64,000 bases of DNA from Octopus sinensis (taxonomy: Eukaryota), in NCBI RefSeq assembly GCF_006345805.1, contig NC_043021.1, forward strand, positions 25,482,001 through 25,546,000. Direction: 5' to 3'. Positions within the stretch are counted from its first letter, which is position 1. Every line of letters starts with the position of its first letter. The notes under the pieces were generated by a model. The model saw nothing but the letters and a program-made list of their open reading frames with translations, ran no database searches and was not told the origin of the DNA. Shown in pieces: positions 38,851-51,990 of the stretch. Position numbers and translations under genes: made by a program.

Positions 38851-39213
38851 CCAGCCTAGCCTGGCCCCCGTGCCGGTGGCACGTAAAAAGCACCATCCGT
38901 CCATGGCCGTTTGCCAGCTCCGTCTGGCACCTGTGTGGGTGGCACGTAAAAAGCACCCACTACACTCACGGAGTGGTTAGCGTTAGGAAGGGCATCCAGC
39001 CATATAAACAATGCCAGATCAGACTGGGCCTAATGTAGCCTTCTGGCTTCACAGACCCCAGTTGAACTGTCCAACCCATGCTAGCATGGAAAGTGGATGC
39101 TAAATGATGATGATGATGATGATGATGATATATATATATATATATACACACACATACTTGACCGCTAAATCTATTAGTTTTTTTTTTTGTTCTCTCTGTT
39201 TATTTTCTCTTAT

Positions 39214-39252
39214 TCTTTTCTGCTGAAGAGCATAGGCTCAAAACGTAAAAGA
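39214..39252 (+). ncRNA. Degenerate hammerhead-like motif (family A, second copy)
   Basis: TCTTTT-CTGCTGA-A-GAGC atag GCTC-AAAA-CGTA-AAAGA; GAAA mutated to AAAA. Confidence 0.4.
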
Positions 39253-39338
39253 CTTTTTCCTTTTCCGGAGCATCAAACTTATACACATGTTTGTTGTTCA
39301 TACACTTGGCTTTGTCTTTTGTTTCTCCTATAAATTTC

Positions 39339-39390
<52 letters not shown>

Positions 39391-39484
39391 AATCCCCAAA
39401 AATGAAGAACAAACACAAAAACAACAACACAAGGACATGGTACATGTAAAGTATTAGCAAACGTTCAGGGAAGGAAGGAAAAGT

Positions 39485-39520
39485 GGTTTTATGTTTCGAG
39501 CAAAGCTCTTCTTCAGAAAC
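39485..39520 (-). ncRNA. Minimal type I hammerhead-like motif (family B, second copy)
   Basis: GTTT-CTGAAGA-A-GAGC ttt GCTC-GAAA-CA-T-A-AAAC. Host repeat about 39388-39580 is homologous to 16134-16330. Confidence 0.55.
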
Positions 39521-39903
39521 AGAGGGAAGTCCAATAGAAAAGGAAGATGGAGGGAAAAAAAAAATCCCCAATGATTAGGTGTGGCAACAAAAAGGAAGGA
39601 AAGTAGAAGCAGAACAGAAGATAGATTGATATATTTATGCAACCCTTTTGTTATTATATTTCTGTTGATATATATACCTTTGTTTCAATTAATTCTGAAA
39701 ATAATGAAGAATTTAGTAAAATATTTTGTTATTATTAACTGGTTTGGAACATAAAAATTAACATGAAATTTTGGTCTGCAAGAAAAAGTAAAAGTAAAAA
39801 AAGACATAGCATCAATGTAAAAAAATTACTAAAAAAATGAGAGAGAGAAAGCAGTTTCTAAAAGTTTGTTGACTTGTTTTGTGAATAATTCTATAAAGCT
39901 TAC

Positions 39904-40048
39904 CTCATCCAAAAGCTGAGAATAAGTGATCTTTTGAATTTGACCAGTGACTGGACTATCATGAACCAAGGCCACCCTTTCTCCAAGTCCATTTTCCACA
40001 TGACGATCAAGGGCATTGTAAGTTGTATTAAATTCTCCACCCACAAAC
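39904..40048 (-). CDS. ACSS3: ACSS3 exon 2
   Basis: (W)FVGGEFNTTYNALDRHVENGLGERVALVHDSPVTGQIQKITYSQLLDE; AG/GT boundaries, phase consistent. Confidence 0.95.
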
Positions 40049-41079
40049 CTAAACAAGAAATACAAACAGCTTTAAAACAGTTCGGTCCATGCATTTTATT
40101 CTTTGTATTGAGAGAATAAGGGACGGTTTGTTTGTTTTGATCTTTGTTGATTATTCACGTTTCATTCAACAGTTTTGATGAAGACAAGATTTTTATATCA
40201 AGTTATAGATTTATAATTTCATTCCCTTTCTCTCAGTTTGTGAATATTCTTGAGTTGTTCAGCAAACTTGAACTCATGTCAATTAGATTTAAAAGAAAAA
40301 AACTTTCACCAATGAAGATCTTACACAAAACCATAAGGACAGCAAATATCAACCTTTTTTGTTGAGGGTTCACCCGACAAGAAGCAAAGCAAGGACAACA
40401 GGTAGGATAACATTCAGGTGTCAGGGTGCAACCCCCACCACCATCACCACTTTGTTTCTGATTTAGGCAAAGGACAGCAATTTTGAGGGGAGTGGAGGGG
40501 GGGTTAGTCGATACCGTTGGCTCCTGTACTTGACTTAAACTTTTTTTCATCGAACCCCACCCCCACTACCTCCAAAAGGATAAAAGACAAGATTGACCGT
40601 GGCAGGATTTGAACCCAAACTGCAAACATCCAGAATGAATTCCTCCACAAAGAAAATTTGTTTGAAGCTCTAATAATCTCACCAATAAATAACCAATCAA
40701 TAGCCCTCAATCCCATTTGCATAACTGAAATAAACTCGCACAATATAGATCTGTCTGGAGTGCAGAAGACTTACAAAAGCAGTTGAACCAGTAAACAACA
40801 GCACCAAAGGGGGTCCCTGTGAAATTAACAAAGCTTTATCTTTATGGTATAATCCTGAATATATTGAATGAGATCCCGCAATGAATTAGGGGACAACAAC
40901 GAGTTAATGGTTAATAATATACTCTTCAGAAGATATAAATACAAAGGACTTCCAGATGATGGACCTCAATGCATCAAGCATAGTAACTCTGGGGGATTTT
41001 GTCATCACTAACTGAAAATGGCAAATTAGGGGTTATGATGTTAACCCCTATTGAGTCTGGACCTCAGTGAATCCAGAGC

Positions 41080-41520
41080 AATTCTAAGGGGTTTTGACAT
41101 TACTAACTACGAAATAAAAAAGGTAAAGAAATGCCATGATCATCTTGATTATTGGGATTGGTTCAAGAAGCTCAAACTTTATTGCTTCTAATGCTGCCAC
41201 AAGCACCATACCATTTATATGATGTGGAAAATATTACAACAGCATTGCCCAAATGATGGCATCAACTTTAAAATTCACTCAAGCCTTGGACCCCTTGCCA
41301 TCTATCCACTACAAAAGTTATGCTTGTCTCACATCACAACACTATTTTGCGGACTTTTTCACCTTGCCTGATGCTGTGTCCTTTAACCTCATTCCAAGAC
41401 ACATAAGAAAAAGATCTAACATTCAAACAGTTCCTGGATGAATATCTCCATCAAATTCCAGGTAAAACACCTACACCTGAATATATCTCTACAAGCAACA
41501 ACTCTTTACTCGAAGGAGCT
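41080..41520 (+). mobile_element. Decayed CR1/L2-group LINE 3' region
   Basis: DYWDWFKKLKLY..., IYMMWKILQQHCPNDG, FNLIPRHIRK, LDEYLHQIP pattern. Confidence 0.65.
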
Positions 41521-41874
41521 AGAATGCCTGAAGAATGACTGTAAAATGAAACATCATTAAATGTCTTTTCCAAGTGGTGCCTGAGCCAATTCTGGCTGAA
41601 ATTTATCTAAGTAACAGATTAGCAGCTATGGTGCTGCCCTCTGCTCAATCTGAGTCTCGGTGGCTGCTTAGAAAATCTTATCTGAAGGATCTTACCATTA
41701 CTGGCCCCAAATAACATATTACTGATTGTAATGCTAACTTTTGCCGAGTCTAGAGCAAGATTTATTTACAGGAGAAAAATTTAATCACAAAACACAAACT
41801 CTAGTTTGAAGCAATTAAGTTTCCCTTTATGGTAATGTAATAAGATCCAACCCACGTACACAAACTCAATAGCA

Positions 41875-42042
41875 AATACACACACACACACACACACACA
41901 GATGCACACACACACAGAGACACACACACACAGACACACACACACACATACAGACACACACACACAGACACAGATGCACACACACACACACAGATACACA
42001 CACACATACAGACACACACATACACAGACACACACACAAACA

Positions 42043-42072
<30 letters not shown>
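41875..42072. repeat. Long degenerate (CA)n tract
   Basis: Seen directly. Similar tracts at 20505-20665, 37468-37680 and 55090-55220. Confidence 0.95.
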
Positions 42073-42076
<4 letters not shown>

Positions 42077-43237
42077 AATTGCAAACATTTTGTTCTCATT
42101 GGAGCAGGAAAAAGTAGCATTTTTTTCATCTCTCTTGTCAGATTTTGAATTACATTTATGCAAAGTTAACCCCATTTTAACGTTGGAGCTCTCAAAGCCG
42201 ACATCATTGATAGTGTCTGATTTTGTTTTCTTTTTATTTTATGAAATTGAGTGAAGAAAGAGATTAATTCAAGGAAGATATAAATATATTGAGATGAAAA
42301 TGATATTTTGCAAGCAAAAATTAACAAATATTCGTTAGCAACTTGTGTCGCTTAGTCGAGAAAAATGTAGGAAAATGCAAAGAAATGAAAAAAAAAAAGT
42401 TGGTTGACAGGTAGAGGAGGAGATTGTGAAAAGGTAAATGAGAAAAGAAAACAATGGAGAGAGATGGTATTTATTTTTATTGTTTATGGGGGGGGGGGGA
42501 ATAAAGGAAAGCAAATATAATAGGAAGGAGTGAAATTGAAGGACAGAGAAGAGAGAGGTGGGGAGAGAAATGAAGTAAGTTTATACCTAAACAAAAAAAA
42601 AGAAATGAGAAAAATAAAAACCAAGAGAAAACGAGATTGGAAAAGATGTTTAAAAATCAGAAATTCTATCTTCTATTATTGCTGTTTTTAATTTAATAGT
42701 CGTCAATGGTTGATCAGTGAAGGAGATAATGTGTGAACAAAACTGGCAGAGGGTTTCAATGTTTGATGATCTTCAGACGAACTGTTAGAAAAGGGAGAGT
42801 ACCAGAAGACTACAAGGTTTGACTTTGCCTGCATCCATCGGGGATTGATTAAATAAACACCAAAGTCAACTGAGTGGATCGACTGATTACAGCAGCTTTC
42901 CCTACAAATGTGGATCTGTTGCATGAGCCACGGTGGAGTTAGTAGTAAGCTCCCAGGGCACCACCAACACCGCATCTGGAATGGATAATTTATCAAGAGA
43001 AAACATGATTGTCATGCTCTGCATATCAGAGGGTAGGGGCGGCTGAGGGGCACATGCCCCACTCAAGAAAAGAAGTGTGCCCTTCTAAATAATGTTAGGC
43101 CCTTTTCTCTTGGAATTGTATTGCCTTCTGGCCTCATCTCCTCCCTTCCAGCACAAATACTTGCCATTTAAATAAATGCATTGAATATTTTATTAAATAA
43201 AATTTAACACAATCTATGATATGTATTATTGGATAGA

Positions 43238-43345
43238 GTTTAGGGTCAGAGTTAAGGATTAGGGTTAGGGTTTAGAGTGTAGTTTTGGAATTAGGTTTAA
43301 AGTTAGAATTAGGGTTATGATTTATGGTTAAGAGTTAAGAGTCAA
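43238..43345. repeat. Degenerate (TTAGGG)-like hexamer array
   Basis: TTAGGG TCAGAG TTAAGG ATTAGGG TTAGGG TTTAGAG ... TTAGGG. Confidence 0.6.
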
Positions 43346-45005
43346 GACTGAAGCTGTCACAATTCCAATCTTTAGAAAGGCAACACAAGCACAGGGTCCA
43401 TTTTTTTTAGCTTGTGTGCAAAAATTAAAATGGAAGGGACAAGCAATTCTTACTTCAGTTTTGGACGGCCAAATGTGAGCGGATATCCTTTTGATATCCA
43501 GAGGATAAAAAAAAAAGGAAACAAACTTCCCATCAGTTTCGGCAAATTAGCAGCAATCATTCTAATTATATTTATATCTTTACACGACTTGGAGAATCAC
43601 AATTCTGGATTTTGGTTTTAGTCTCCAATTTTTTTATCAAACCTATATATACATATTATAATAAATGTGAAGTTAAATGTGGTGGTGGGGGTCTGAAGAA
43701 ATGTCAGCCCAAAGTTTAGCAGGTGAGGATTCTTCAGAGGAGATACACAGGGGGTGGGGGAGGACTGATGAATCTTCAGGTGTAAACATTAGGAGTAAGA
43801 ATCCTGATGCATCATCACCAACAGCACCACCACCACCACTATACAATACTAACACTTATTCCATTAACAGTAGTCATGGGAACCACTACCTGCCAGAAAT
43901 AACAGAGAAATCTCCCCAAATCACACTCTAAATGAAAGGCGTGGGGGCCAAGGTTGGAACATCTTAGATTAACGCTGACCTACGATTAAACAACAACCGG
44001 GGTGTCACGTCATTCAGAGTTTTCTTAATCCTGATAGAAATTTGTGAAAATAATAAATAAAGTGAAATGGGAAACAAGACCTCAAAATTCTTTGACTTGT
44101 CGTCTGCATAGTAAATACGTTGTAGCTTATCTCTCCTCGTTACATCAATGAAAGGATTTGAAACCTTGATGCTGGGTTTGAAGTTTGCATGTTTGCCGCT
44201 TTTACGCCTCCAAGTAATTAATTTTTTTATATACTTTTATGGGCGCAGAAATCCAACTTAGGCGGGGCATCGCATCAGTAGCCCTAAAATCGGCCCCCAA
44301 CGAAACCCACAGTGCATGTAACACATGACAAGGTTGTCCACTATCATCATAATCATCGCAACTTCTATTAATTCTCTCTCTCTCTCTCTCTCTTCTTTAA
44401 ACTTTCTCAATAAAGACATACAAAACAAAGGAATATATTTATTATTGTAATTACACAAATTATATTCTAAATGGGCTGTTGTAACTATTATCCGGGTGGG
44501 ACGGCGATTCTTCAGGTGGTCCGTTAGTGTTAATATATTTAATGTAAAGGACTATTAAGAAATCGATGAATAATATTCATTTGACAAATTAATAAATGTC
44601 AGAGCATCAGATTAAAATACTTTGAAATATTTAGTTATCTATCTCTCTTCTCATTTCAAATTCTGCCAAGATAAATGTTGTAAAATAAAGAACTAATCAA
44701 GTACTGGATCGATCGATATAATTGACTTTAATCTCTCCCCTAAATTTAAGGTTTTATATCTATATTAAAGATCGATATTATTTTCATGTAAAAGCATATT
44801 TTTCTTTAAAATGAACATTTCTGAGTCTATGTTAAGCAATTAATGTTTTCTACATCGGTAAATACTCGAATATTAGAGAAAATATGAAAATGTGTTGTGT
44901 TTGTACCGTTAAACACACTTAGCTCATGTATTACATGTAAAGAGGAAAGAAGAAGATTTTAAACCATGTACATTGGATCCACACAAAATATAAGCGAATA
45001 TTTAC

Positions 45006-45337
45006 CACTGAGTCCAGGGTGGGTTCGAGTTATCGAGGACCTGGTGCCATTTTTTATGCCAGACTAAATCTTCGGCCGCTTTAGCCCAGAATGTGGTTGG
45101 ATCTTGCAGGGCTTGCTTAAAGTTTTCTTCGTATGTGTCAATATAACCAGGTGGAGAGGAATGGTGTAAACATCGACTTGTTGAATAGAATCGAAAATTA
45201 AATGGCAATAGTTTGTATTGGGGACCCGCTTTAAGAGACAGGAGTAGAGATTTTGGAGTAAGAAATCGTTTGATTAACAGGTGAGGACAGGTAAGCATCG
45301 TTCCAGCCTTGTTTAACTTGAGTGCTATTGCAGCCAT
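45006..45337 (-). CDS. ACSS3: ACSS3 (mitochondrial short-chain acyl/propionyl-CoA synthetase) exon 1
   Basis: Basic, acid-free N-terminus resembling a mitochondrial presequence, then YEENFKQALQDPTTFWAKAAEDLVWHKKW. Donor TG|GTAAAT. Confidence 0.93.
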
Positions 45338-45603
45338 TGTGACGAAAGTACATCAGTATTCCTTTAAGCATGCGAACTTCTTCAAGCGTGACCAAACCTG
45401 ATCAACTCCGCTCACATTACTCCTCTGTCATGTGACCAAACCAACTGGGACATAAAATTTACTGGAGTTCATTCAGGTAAAAATATAGTATATGGAAATA
45501 AACAAAAATAGCTATAGAAAATATAAGAAAAAAGATATTTATGAGGTTAGATGAGCTGGAGATTAAATCTCTCGGTTAATGTTCAGTATCTCAGGTATTT
45601 ATT

Positions 45604-45830
45604 GGTGAGCTGGCAGAAACGTTAGCATGCCGGACGAAATGCTTAGCCGTATTTCGTCTGCCGCTACGTTCTGAGTTCAAATTCCGCCGAGGTCGACTTT
45701 GCCTTTCATCCTTTCGGGGTCGATAAATTAAGTACCAGTTATGCACTGGGGTCGATGTAATCGACTTAATACCTATGTCTGTCCTTGTTTGTCCCCTCTG
45801 TGTTTAGCCCCTTGTGGGTAATAAAGAAAT
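45604..45830 (+). mobile_element. Full-length tRNA-derived SINE with 11-bp TSD upstream of ACSS3
   Basis: A/B-box-like head (TGGCAGAAACGTTAG, GAGTTCAAATTCC); TSD AGGTATTTATT at 45593-45603 and 45831-45841. Confidence 0.88.
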
Positions 45831-47723
45831 AGGTATTTATTATCCGCAATAAAGCCCTTGTCCCCGACGGGATCCGAACCCTAAAACTCTCGCTGATAAC
45901 AAATCTTCAAAATGTTTTAAGTGCATAGAAAGATTATGATATTTTCCAGCAAAATAACGAAAACACATTAAATGTTTTCAATGATAAAGAGGAAAAAAAG
46001 ACATTGGTCGTCCTCTCACTTTTTCTTTTGTATAACTTCTACTAAATTAGACTTATTAAAATATTTGGTAAATTAATCATTAAAAAATCTTTTTAATGAA
46101 TTTTCTTTTTTCTAAATTTTAATTATTACTTGTTCTTTTTGTTTTCTTCTTCTTAATCCCCATGTTTCTGTCCTACTTTACCGTGAGAGCTTTGTTCTGC
46201 TCTGAATAAATGATGTCTATTCGATTTATATTGATCCAATACAGACCAGGTATTGTTTTATGAATTCCAGTAAAAAGGGCTGAGGATAATAAAAAAAAAA
46301 AGTTAATGTTGGCGTCGGCTGCGATTGAACTCGGAAGAGCGAGATACAAAAATCGGTAAATATTTACGGGGGAGGGGGTGAAATTTCCGCGGGTTCCACC
46401 CCACTCCACCCCCTTTTCCTGACAAAAGTGTGTTTTGTGGCACATGAGGAGGTTGCCGTAATTCATTCAACGAAAAAATTCCAATAATTCTGTGGAGGGG
46501 GCGGTTGCCCACCACTCCCTATTTTCCGAAAAAAATAAGGGGTTTGCGGCACATTAGGCGGTCAGGGTAGTTGATTCCACGCGGAAAATCCGAGTTTTTT
46601 GGATTTTTTTTTTGTTTGTTTGTTTTTTTTTTCGTTTTTCATTGAAAAGCGTGGTGTGTTTGTAAAAATTTACCTCAAAATCAAACATTTAGATTAAGTG
46701 CCTGGCTCTTTCCACCTGATCAACTGTCATTGCATTTGTGCACGCTCATAAATTTAGAGGGCAGAAAAACTGCAAAATCGATTGAATCGACATGAAAATA
46801 CATAACTAGCACTGATTTTATTGATCCCAGAAGGATAAAAATTTGAAGCTGAAACTTGCAGGATCTGAAATTAGAACACACACACACACTCAAAAAGATG
46901 GCCAAATAATGAAATATACTTTCTCCAAGATACTTTTTTTTTTTGCCATATCCCGGATCAGGCCCGTCACCAGATTTTGGTGCCTGGGGATGCTTCAGAA
47001 TATTCTGGGTGGGCACTATTTTATAATAATGTTTCGAAATAAATGTATCACTGTAAATCTGTGGGTAGACCATTGAATAGCAAAGGGACAGTGCTGTCCA
47101 GTGCACCCCCTTAACAACGGGTATATCCCGGCTTCTTATATTTTAAAACTGCAAACCGTCTGTGGAACTCGAAGTGTATGCTCCGCTCGTCGATTGTGCT
47201 ACGCTGGACTTTGCAAGGTCCCAGCTCAATAACGGTTTCTAACTTAGACACAAGGCCAGCAATTTTGAGACATGTTTATAGATACCATCGACCCTAGTAC
47301 TTGATTGGTACTTTATTTTATCGACCACAAAAGGATGAAAGGCAAAGCTGATCTTGGCAGGATTTGAACTCAAATCATAAAGGGCCTTAAATTAAGATCG
47401 GAAGGCAGTATTTGTCTGACGTTCTAACAATTCTGTCAACAATTGTTTAGGCACAATGACAATAATTTTGACATCGATTTCAGTACTTGATTGATATTTC
47501 ATTTAATCGACCTTGAACAGATGAGAGGCAAGTTAACCTCAATGGGAGTTGAACTCAGAATAAGAATGTAAAGAGCCGGAACAGATATCGCCAAGTATTT
47601 CCTTGACGTTCGAACAATTCTGCTAATAATAATAAGCGTTGAGGTATGACGTATTCTGCTGAATGATGTGCATTGAGAAATTCTCATTCAGTCAGGATTG
47701 TTGGTGGCAAATAAAATGAAATT

Positions 47724-47764
<41 letters not shown>

Positions 47765-47796
47765 GATTATTATTATTATTATTGAGTGAATCAGTC

Positions 47797-47990
47797 AGAT
47801 ATCTTAAGAATCGGGGATTCAACAGGGAGGTTCATTAGTTCCGCACTTTTTACTTTAGCAATCAATTGTGCAGCTTAAAGAATGTCTAGTACGTTGACGA
47901 TATTGATATTGGTGCTGATTCACTCCGGGTATAGAACTTTGTCGAACAACTTATTAAGGATCTGCGGCATTAACCATGATTTAGATGAGA
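47797..47990 (+). mobile_element. Highly decayed non-LTR RT fragment after (ATT)n
   Basis: GIQQGGSLVPHFFTLAIN and YVDDIDI resemble RT motifs. Confidence 0.45.
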
Positions 47991-50639
47991 AAGAAAAAAA
48001 CCTAGCCGTCTATCAGCCGCCATCAATTCTCATCCTCACATTTGATTGCTCCTCAGAGTAACGTTTACTGATCCAGGCCTTCCAATGGCTACCTTGTCAA
48101 ACATACAATGTTTCCATACTTTCCCAGACAATACTTATAATGTAGAATGATATGAAGCTTTTTTTTTATTCTTAAAAATTATATGTTGATATCAAAAATG
48201 ATTTATCTGTAAAGAAGACGTCTTACTTTTAAATTTGTCAATCTTTTAACTGATTTCAATCTGGTCGTAAAACAAATGTTGATGATTGTTCTTATCTGAG
48301 TACAAACCTCTTTACTACTGAATGATGGTAGTTTTTTTGTATTCTTACAGCTGTAGAGATATTTATTTCATTACCTTGCTTCTAATCATCTTTCCATTCT
48401 TCTGTTTCACATGTAACAAAGAGCATCCTCTCCTGCATTAACAGAAATTCTCATTCCTTTAGAAAAGTGGAGATAGTTTTCACAAAGTAGACAAATCCGA
48501 ACAAAGAGGCACCTTCAAATGGAACAAGCGTGGAACACTGTTTTGATATGATCAAAAGTTGATAGATGTATTAGACGTACATGGAAAACATTCGGGTGCG
48601 TGGATCATCGACCTTACTTACCCAGTGGCGGATGCAGAGGTGCTGCCTTAGTTGCCCGGGCAACACTCTTTCTAGCTGAACCGACACCAAAAAAAATCAA
48701 GACCAAAGATGTTCACATTACTTTTTCATACGTATATAGTCTGCTACAACAAGGTTAGAATACACAAAAGTGTCTCCATTTGTTAGGAATTGCGATTCCC
48801 ACCTTATATAGTATATTTTAGGAAACTTTTGGGCACCCCCTCCAACAAAGTCATGGATCTCCCCTGCTTACCAATTATTAACACAGACGATTCATTAGCA
48901 ACAATAGAAATACAAATCGCGACAACATTGAGAATGTTGCTATTATTTGTGTTCCAAGCAAATGTCATAGAGGAAAATGTATAAATTGCTTAGTATTTCC
49001 AGGGCTTCCCTGACCCTTAAACGCTGGCAGGTGGCATATCTGCAACAAGTGTCCCCCCCCCCACACACACACTCCGAATTTGTATCCTAATAACTTTCAG
49101 AAAAATGAATATCTTTCAATGAAATTTTTTACAAATACGCTTCAGATGGTGTAGATTTTGACTATAACGGAATTTGTTATAGGAAAATGGGAATTTTTTT
49201 CAATGAAATTCTGTACAAATGCCTTCCGGGGTGTGTAGATTACGATTTTATGAAGATTTAATATGGAAAAAAAAGTAATTGTTTGCCGTGCACACATACA
49301 AACTGATACACATAACATATATCTACAAAATGAAACTTGAAATTTCGATAAAAATTGTGATGTGTGTCAGTGTGTATGTGTGCGTGCCAACCATTTTTTT
49401 CTCCACATTAAATTCCAATATAATTGTAATCTACACACTCTGAAAGATAGTTGTAGAAAATCTCATTGAAAAATACCCATTTTCCCGAAAGCTATGAGGA
49501 GAAAAAGCCGACTCGTCTGAATTTTCTGAAACTCTTAACTTCGCAACAAATTTCGATTCTGAAGCGTATTTACAGATTAATTTCATAAACAAAACTCATT
49601 TTTCTGGAAGTTATAAAGAAACAAAGTCCGTGGGAAGGAGGACACTTGTGTAAGTATGTCCTCGTAGGTTTCCAAAAACTCAAAGATCAACAGGAATATG
49701 AAACAGCCATTTCCTTCAACTGGTATTCGGTCTCAAATTGATGGCAAAAAAAAAACCCCAAATGATGTGACTTTTATATCCATGGTGAATGGATGTAATA
49801 CAAGGATTACATTATGATCTGTTGGAATACTACAATATATATGTAGTGAATACCATGTCTAGCAGACAGGTATTACCAGTACCGACGGAGGGTTATTCCC
49901 AGAAACCAGCTAGTCTCTTGGTTCCTATCAGCAGTAGATGGGAGTTGTTCAATCTTTTGTTTGCAATATAATGGACACAGATAGTGTGCCATTAACCAGC
50001 TGGAGGATATGTCTTCCTGGGGTTAAAAAGAGTAGTAACACTGTTCGGTATGGAACAATCTCGTTGAAGTGGTAACAACCATTACTTTTCCGTACAGTAA
50101 CAACTTGCAGCTCGTACAGAGATTTTAGAACTAGCAACTTGACTGGATATATTAATACATGTATACAGGCACAGGTGTGTCTGTGTTGTAAGAGGCTTGA
50201 CAGGAGCTGGCCAGGTAGAACCCTGCACCAGACTTCTGTCACTGTTTTGGCAGGGTTTCCATGGCTGGATGCCCTTCCTAACACCAACCATTCAGCAGAG
50301 TAGATTTAGTGCTTTTTTCGTGACTCTAGCACAAGTGAGGTCAGTTTTGGCCTGATTTTTACGGCTGGATACCCTTCCAAATGCCAACCACTTTACAGAG
50401 TGGACTGAGTGCTTTTTAAGTGGCACCTGCACTGACAGGGTCACCGAGTATCTTGCAAGACAAAGAACCTTTTGAGAGTGGAGGGAGCATTGGGGGAAGG
50501 AGATCTTGTGTCAGATGATGAAAGGTTAGAGTGAGACAGAGAGAGACAGAAACAGGTTTTCTTGCTGTAGAGGAGGTACAAGATTACCTGGCTGGGGAGA
50601 GATAGATCAAGAATGAAGACAGAAACAGGTGTGCTGCTG

Positions 50640-51240
50640 CAAAGAGATACATAGTTACTCTACCTGCAGTGATTCCTGATTGCCCAGGGGCTTTCCCAGT
50701 CTTCATGTCCTTAATTGCCTTATCTATTATGTTGCTATCAACTCTGATGGCTGCTCCTTCAATTGCTTTGATATTTGGTAGACTCTCCATCTCCCATTCA
50801 TTTTCTACATGTAGTAACCTTTCATAGTGACCCTTCCATGCATCTTTCTTCTCTCAGTCACTAAATGCAAGCATACCATTATCCATTCACACACATTTCT
50901 CACCCACCACATCTCTATTCTCTTTGATACACTGCTTTGCAATCCTGAACACCTCACACCTCTGATCTTCATGCTGTAGAACATTTGCAAATCTCTTCCC
51001 TTCAGCTATTCCTTCTACTATGTAAACCTGATGCCAAGCTGCCCTTCTGGCTACCTGATATAATTCCCTGTTTCCACCATTTTCTCAGTCTTTCTAGGTC
51101 TGTCTTTTGGCTTTTATAGCACTGTCTACCTCCTTGTTCCACCACCATGTCACCCTTGGTCTAGCTGGGACTCGGCACCAACCACAGATTTCGTCTGTAG
51201 CTCTCAGTAGATTGTCCCACAGGAACTTCCAATTGTTCTC
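50640..51240 (-). mobile_element. Decayed RTE-type LINE fragment
   Basis: IEGAAIRVDSNIIDKAIKDMKTGKAPGQSGITA (pre-RT region). Confidence 0.75.
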
Positions 51241-51752
51241 TATGCTTTATATCTCCAACTCTTCCTCTCTTTCGTCAGAAGCTTCCATTTGGAAATCTCT
51301 AAATTTTTGTGTTTCTTGGGTCTTGGAGCCTCCATAGTCTTCTTTTCCAGATTGGTTTATTTCTCCAATCTTTCTAGCTCTAAATACATACATATATATA
51401 TATATATATATGTATATGTATGTATGGATATATATGTATATATATGAACATATACACATATATGTACATACATACATATATATATATATACATACACACT
51501 TAGCTACAATAGTGACAACATGGATATCTTCCATCTTCTTGCTCTGTTAAAGTATTTGAGAAAAAATATATATTAATGTGTCCAACTAGTTAAAATTCTA
51601 TTCATTTGTGCAGCTGATGATAGCTCTGCATTTAAATTGATGTAAAAATTGCATTGTTCAGTTAAATAGAGCCACTTGAAACGGTTGTACTGCATCAATT
51701 CTTGATATCCTGTTGCTTATTTTGATTTTATACAAACATATATATATATATC

Positions 51753-51990
51753 TGTAAATATAATATGTGACAATTATTCGGTAGCCATGATAAAACTCCA
51801 AGTTTCGGATGTCAGGGCCATGGCTGGATAACTGAAGAGATGGCAGCATAGGTTTCTGCCCCAACATCCAAAACTCGGATTTTATCATGGCTACCGAATA
51901 ATTGTCACATATTACATTTACAAATAAATTCCTCTATTTACATAATATCGAGGTCTCTTTCATTCTTTTGTTGTCTTATCATTTCTATCA
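51753..51990 (+). mobile_element. Penelope-type pLTR remnant with partial inverted duplication and degenerate hammerhead (family E)
   Basis: Inverted arms 51753-51812 and 51864-51922. GATAA-CTGAAGA-GATG...CATC-C-(A)AAA-CTCGGAT-T-TTATC; the inverted arm retains GAAA and GAGT. Both ends run into (TA)n. Confidence 0.55.

Noticed and set aside
42745-42785. Minus-strand CTGAAGA...GAAA hammerhead
   Set aside because: No stem II, and no NUH triplet or stem I partner downstream.
43677-43931. 84-aa plus-strand ORF as an antisense gene
   Set aside because: Low complexity, no recognisable motif and no supporting splice structure.
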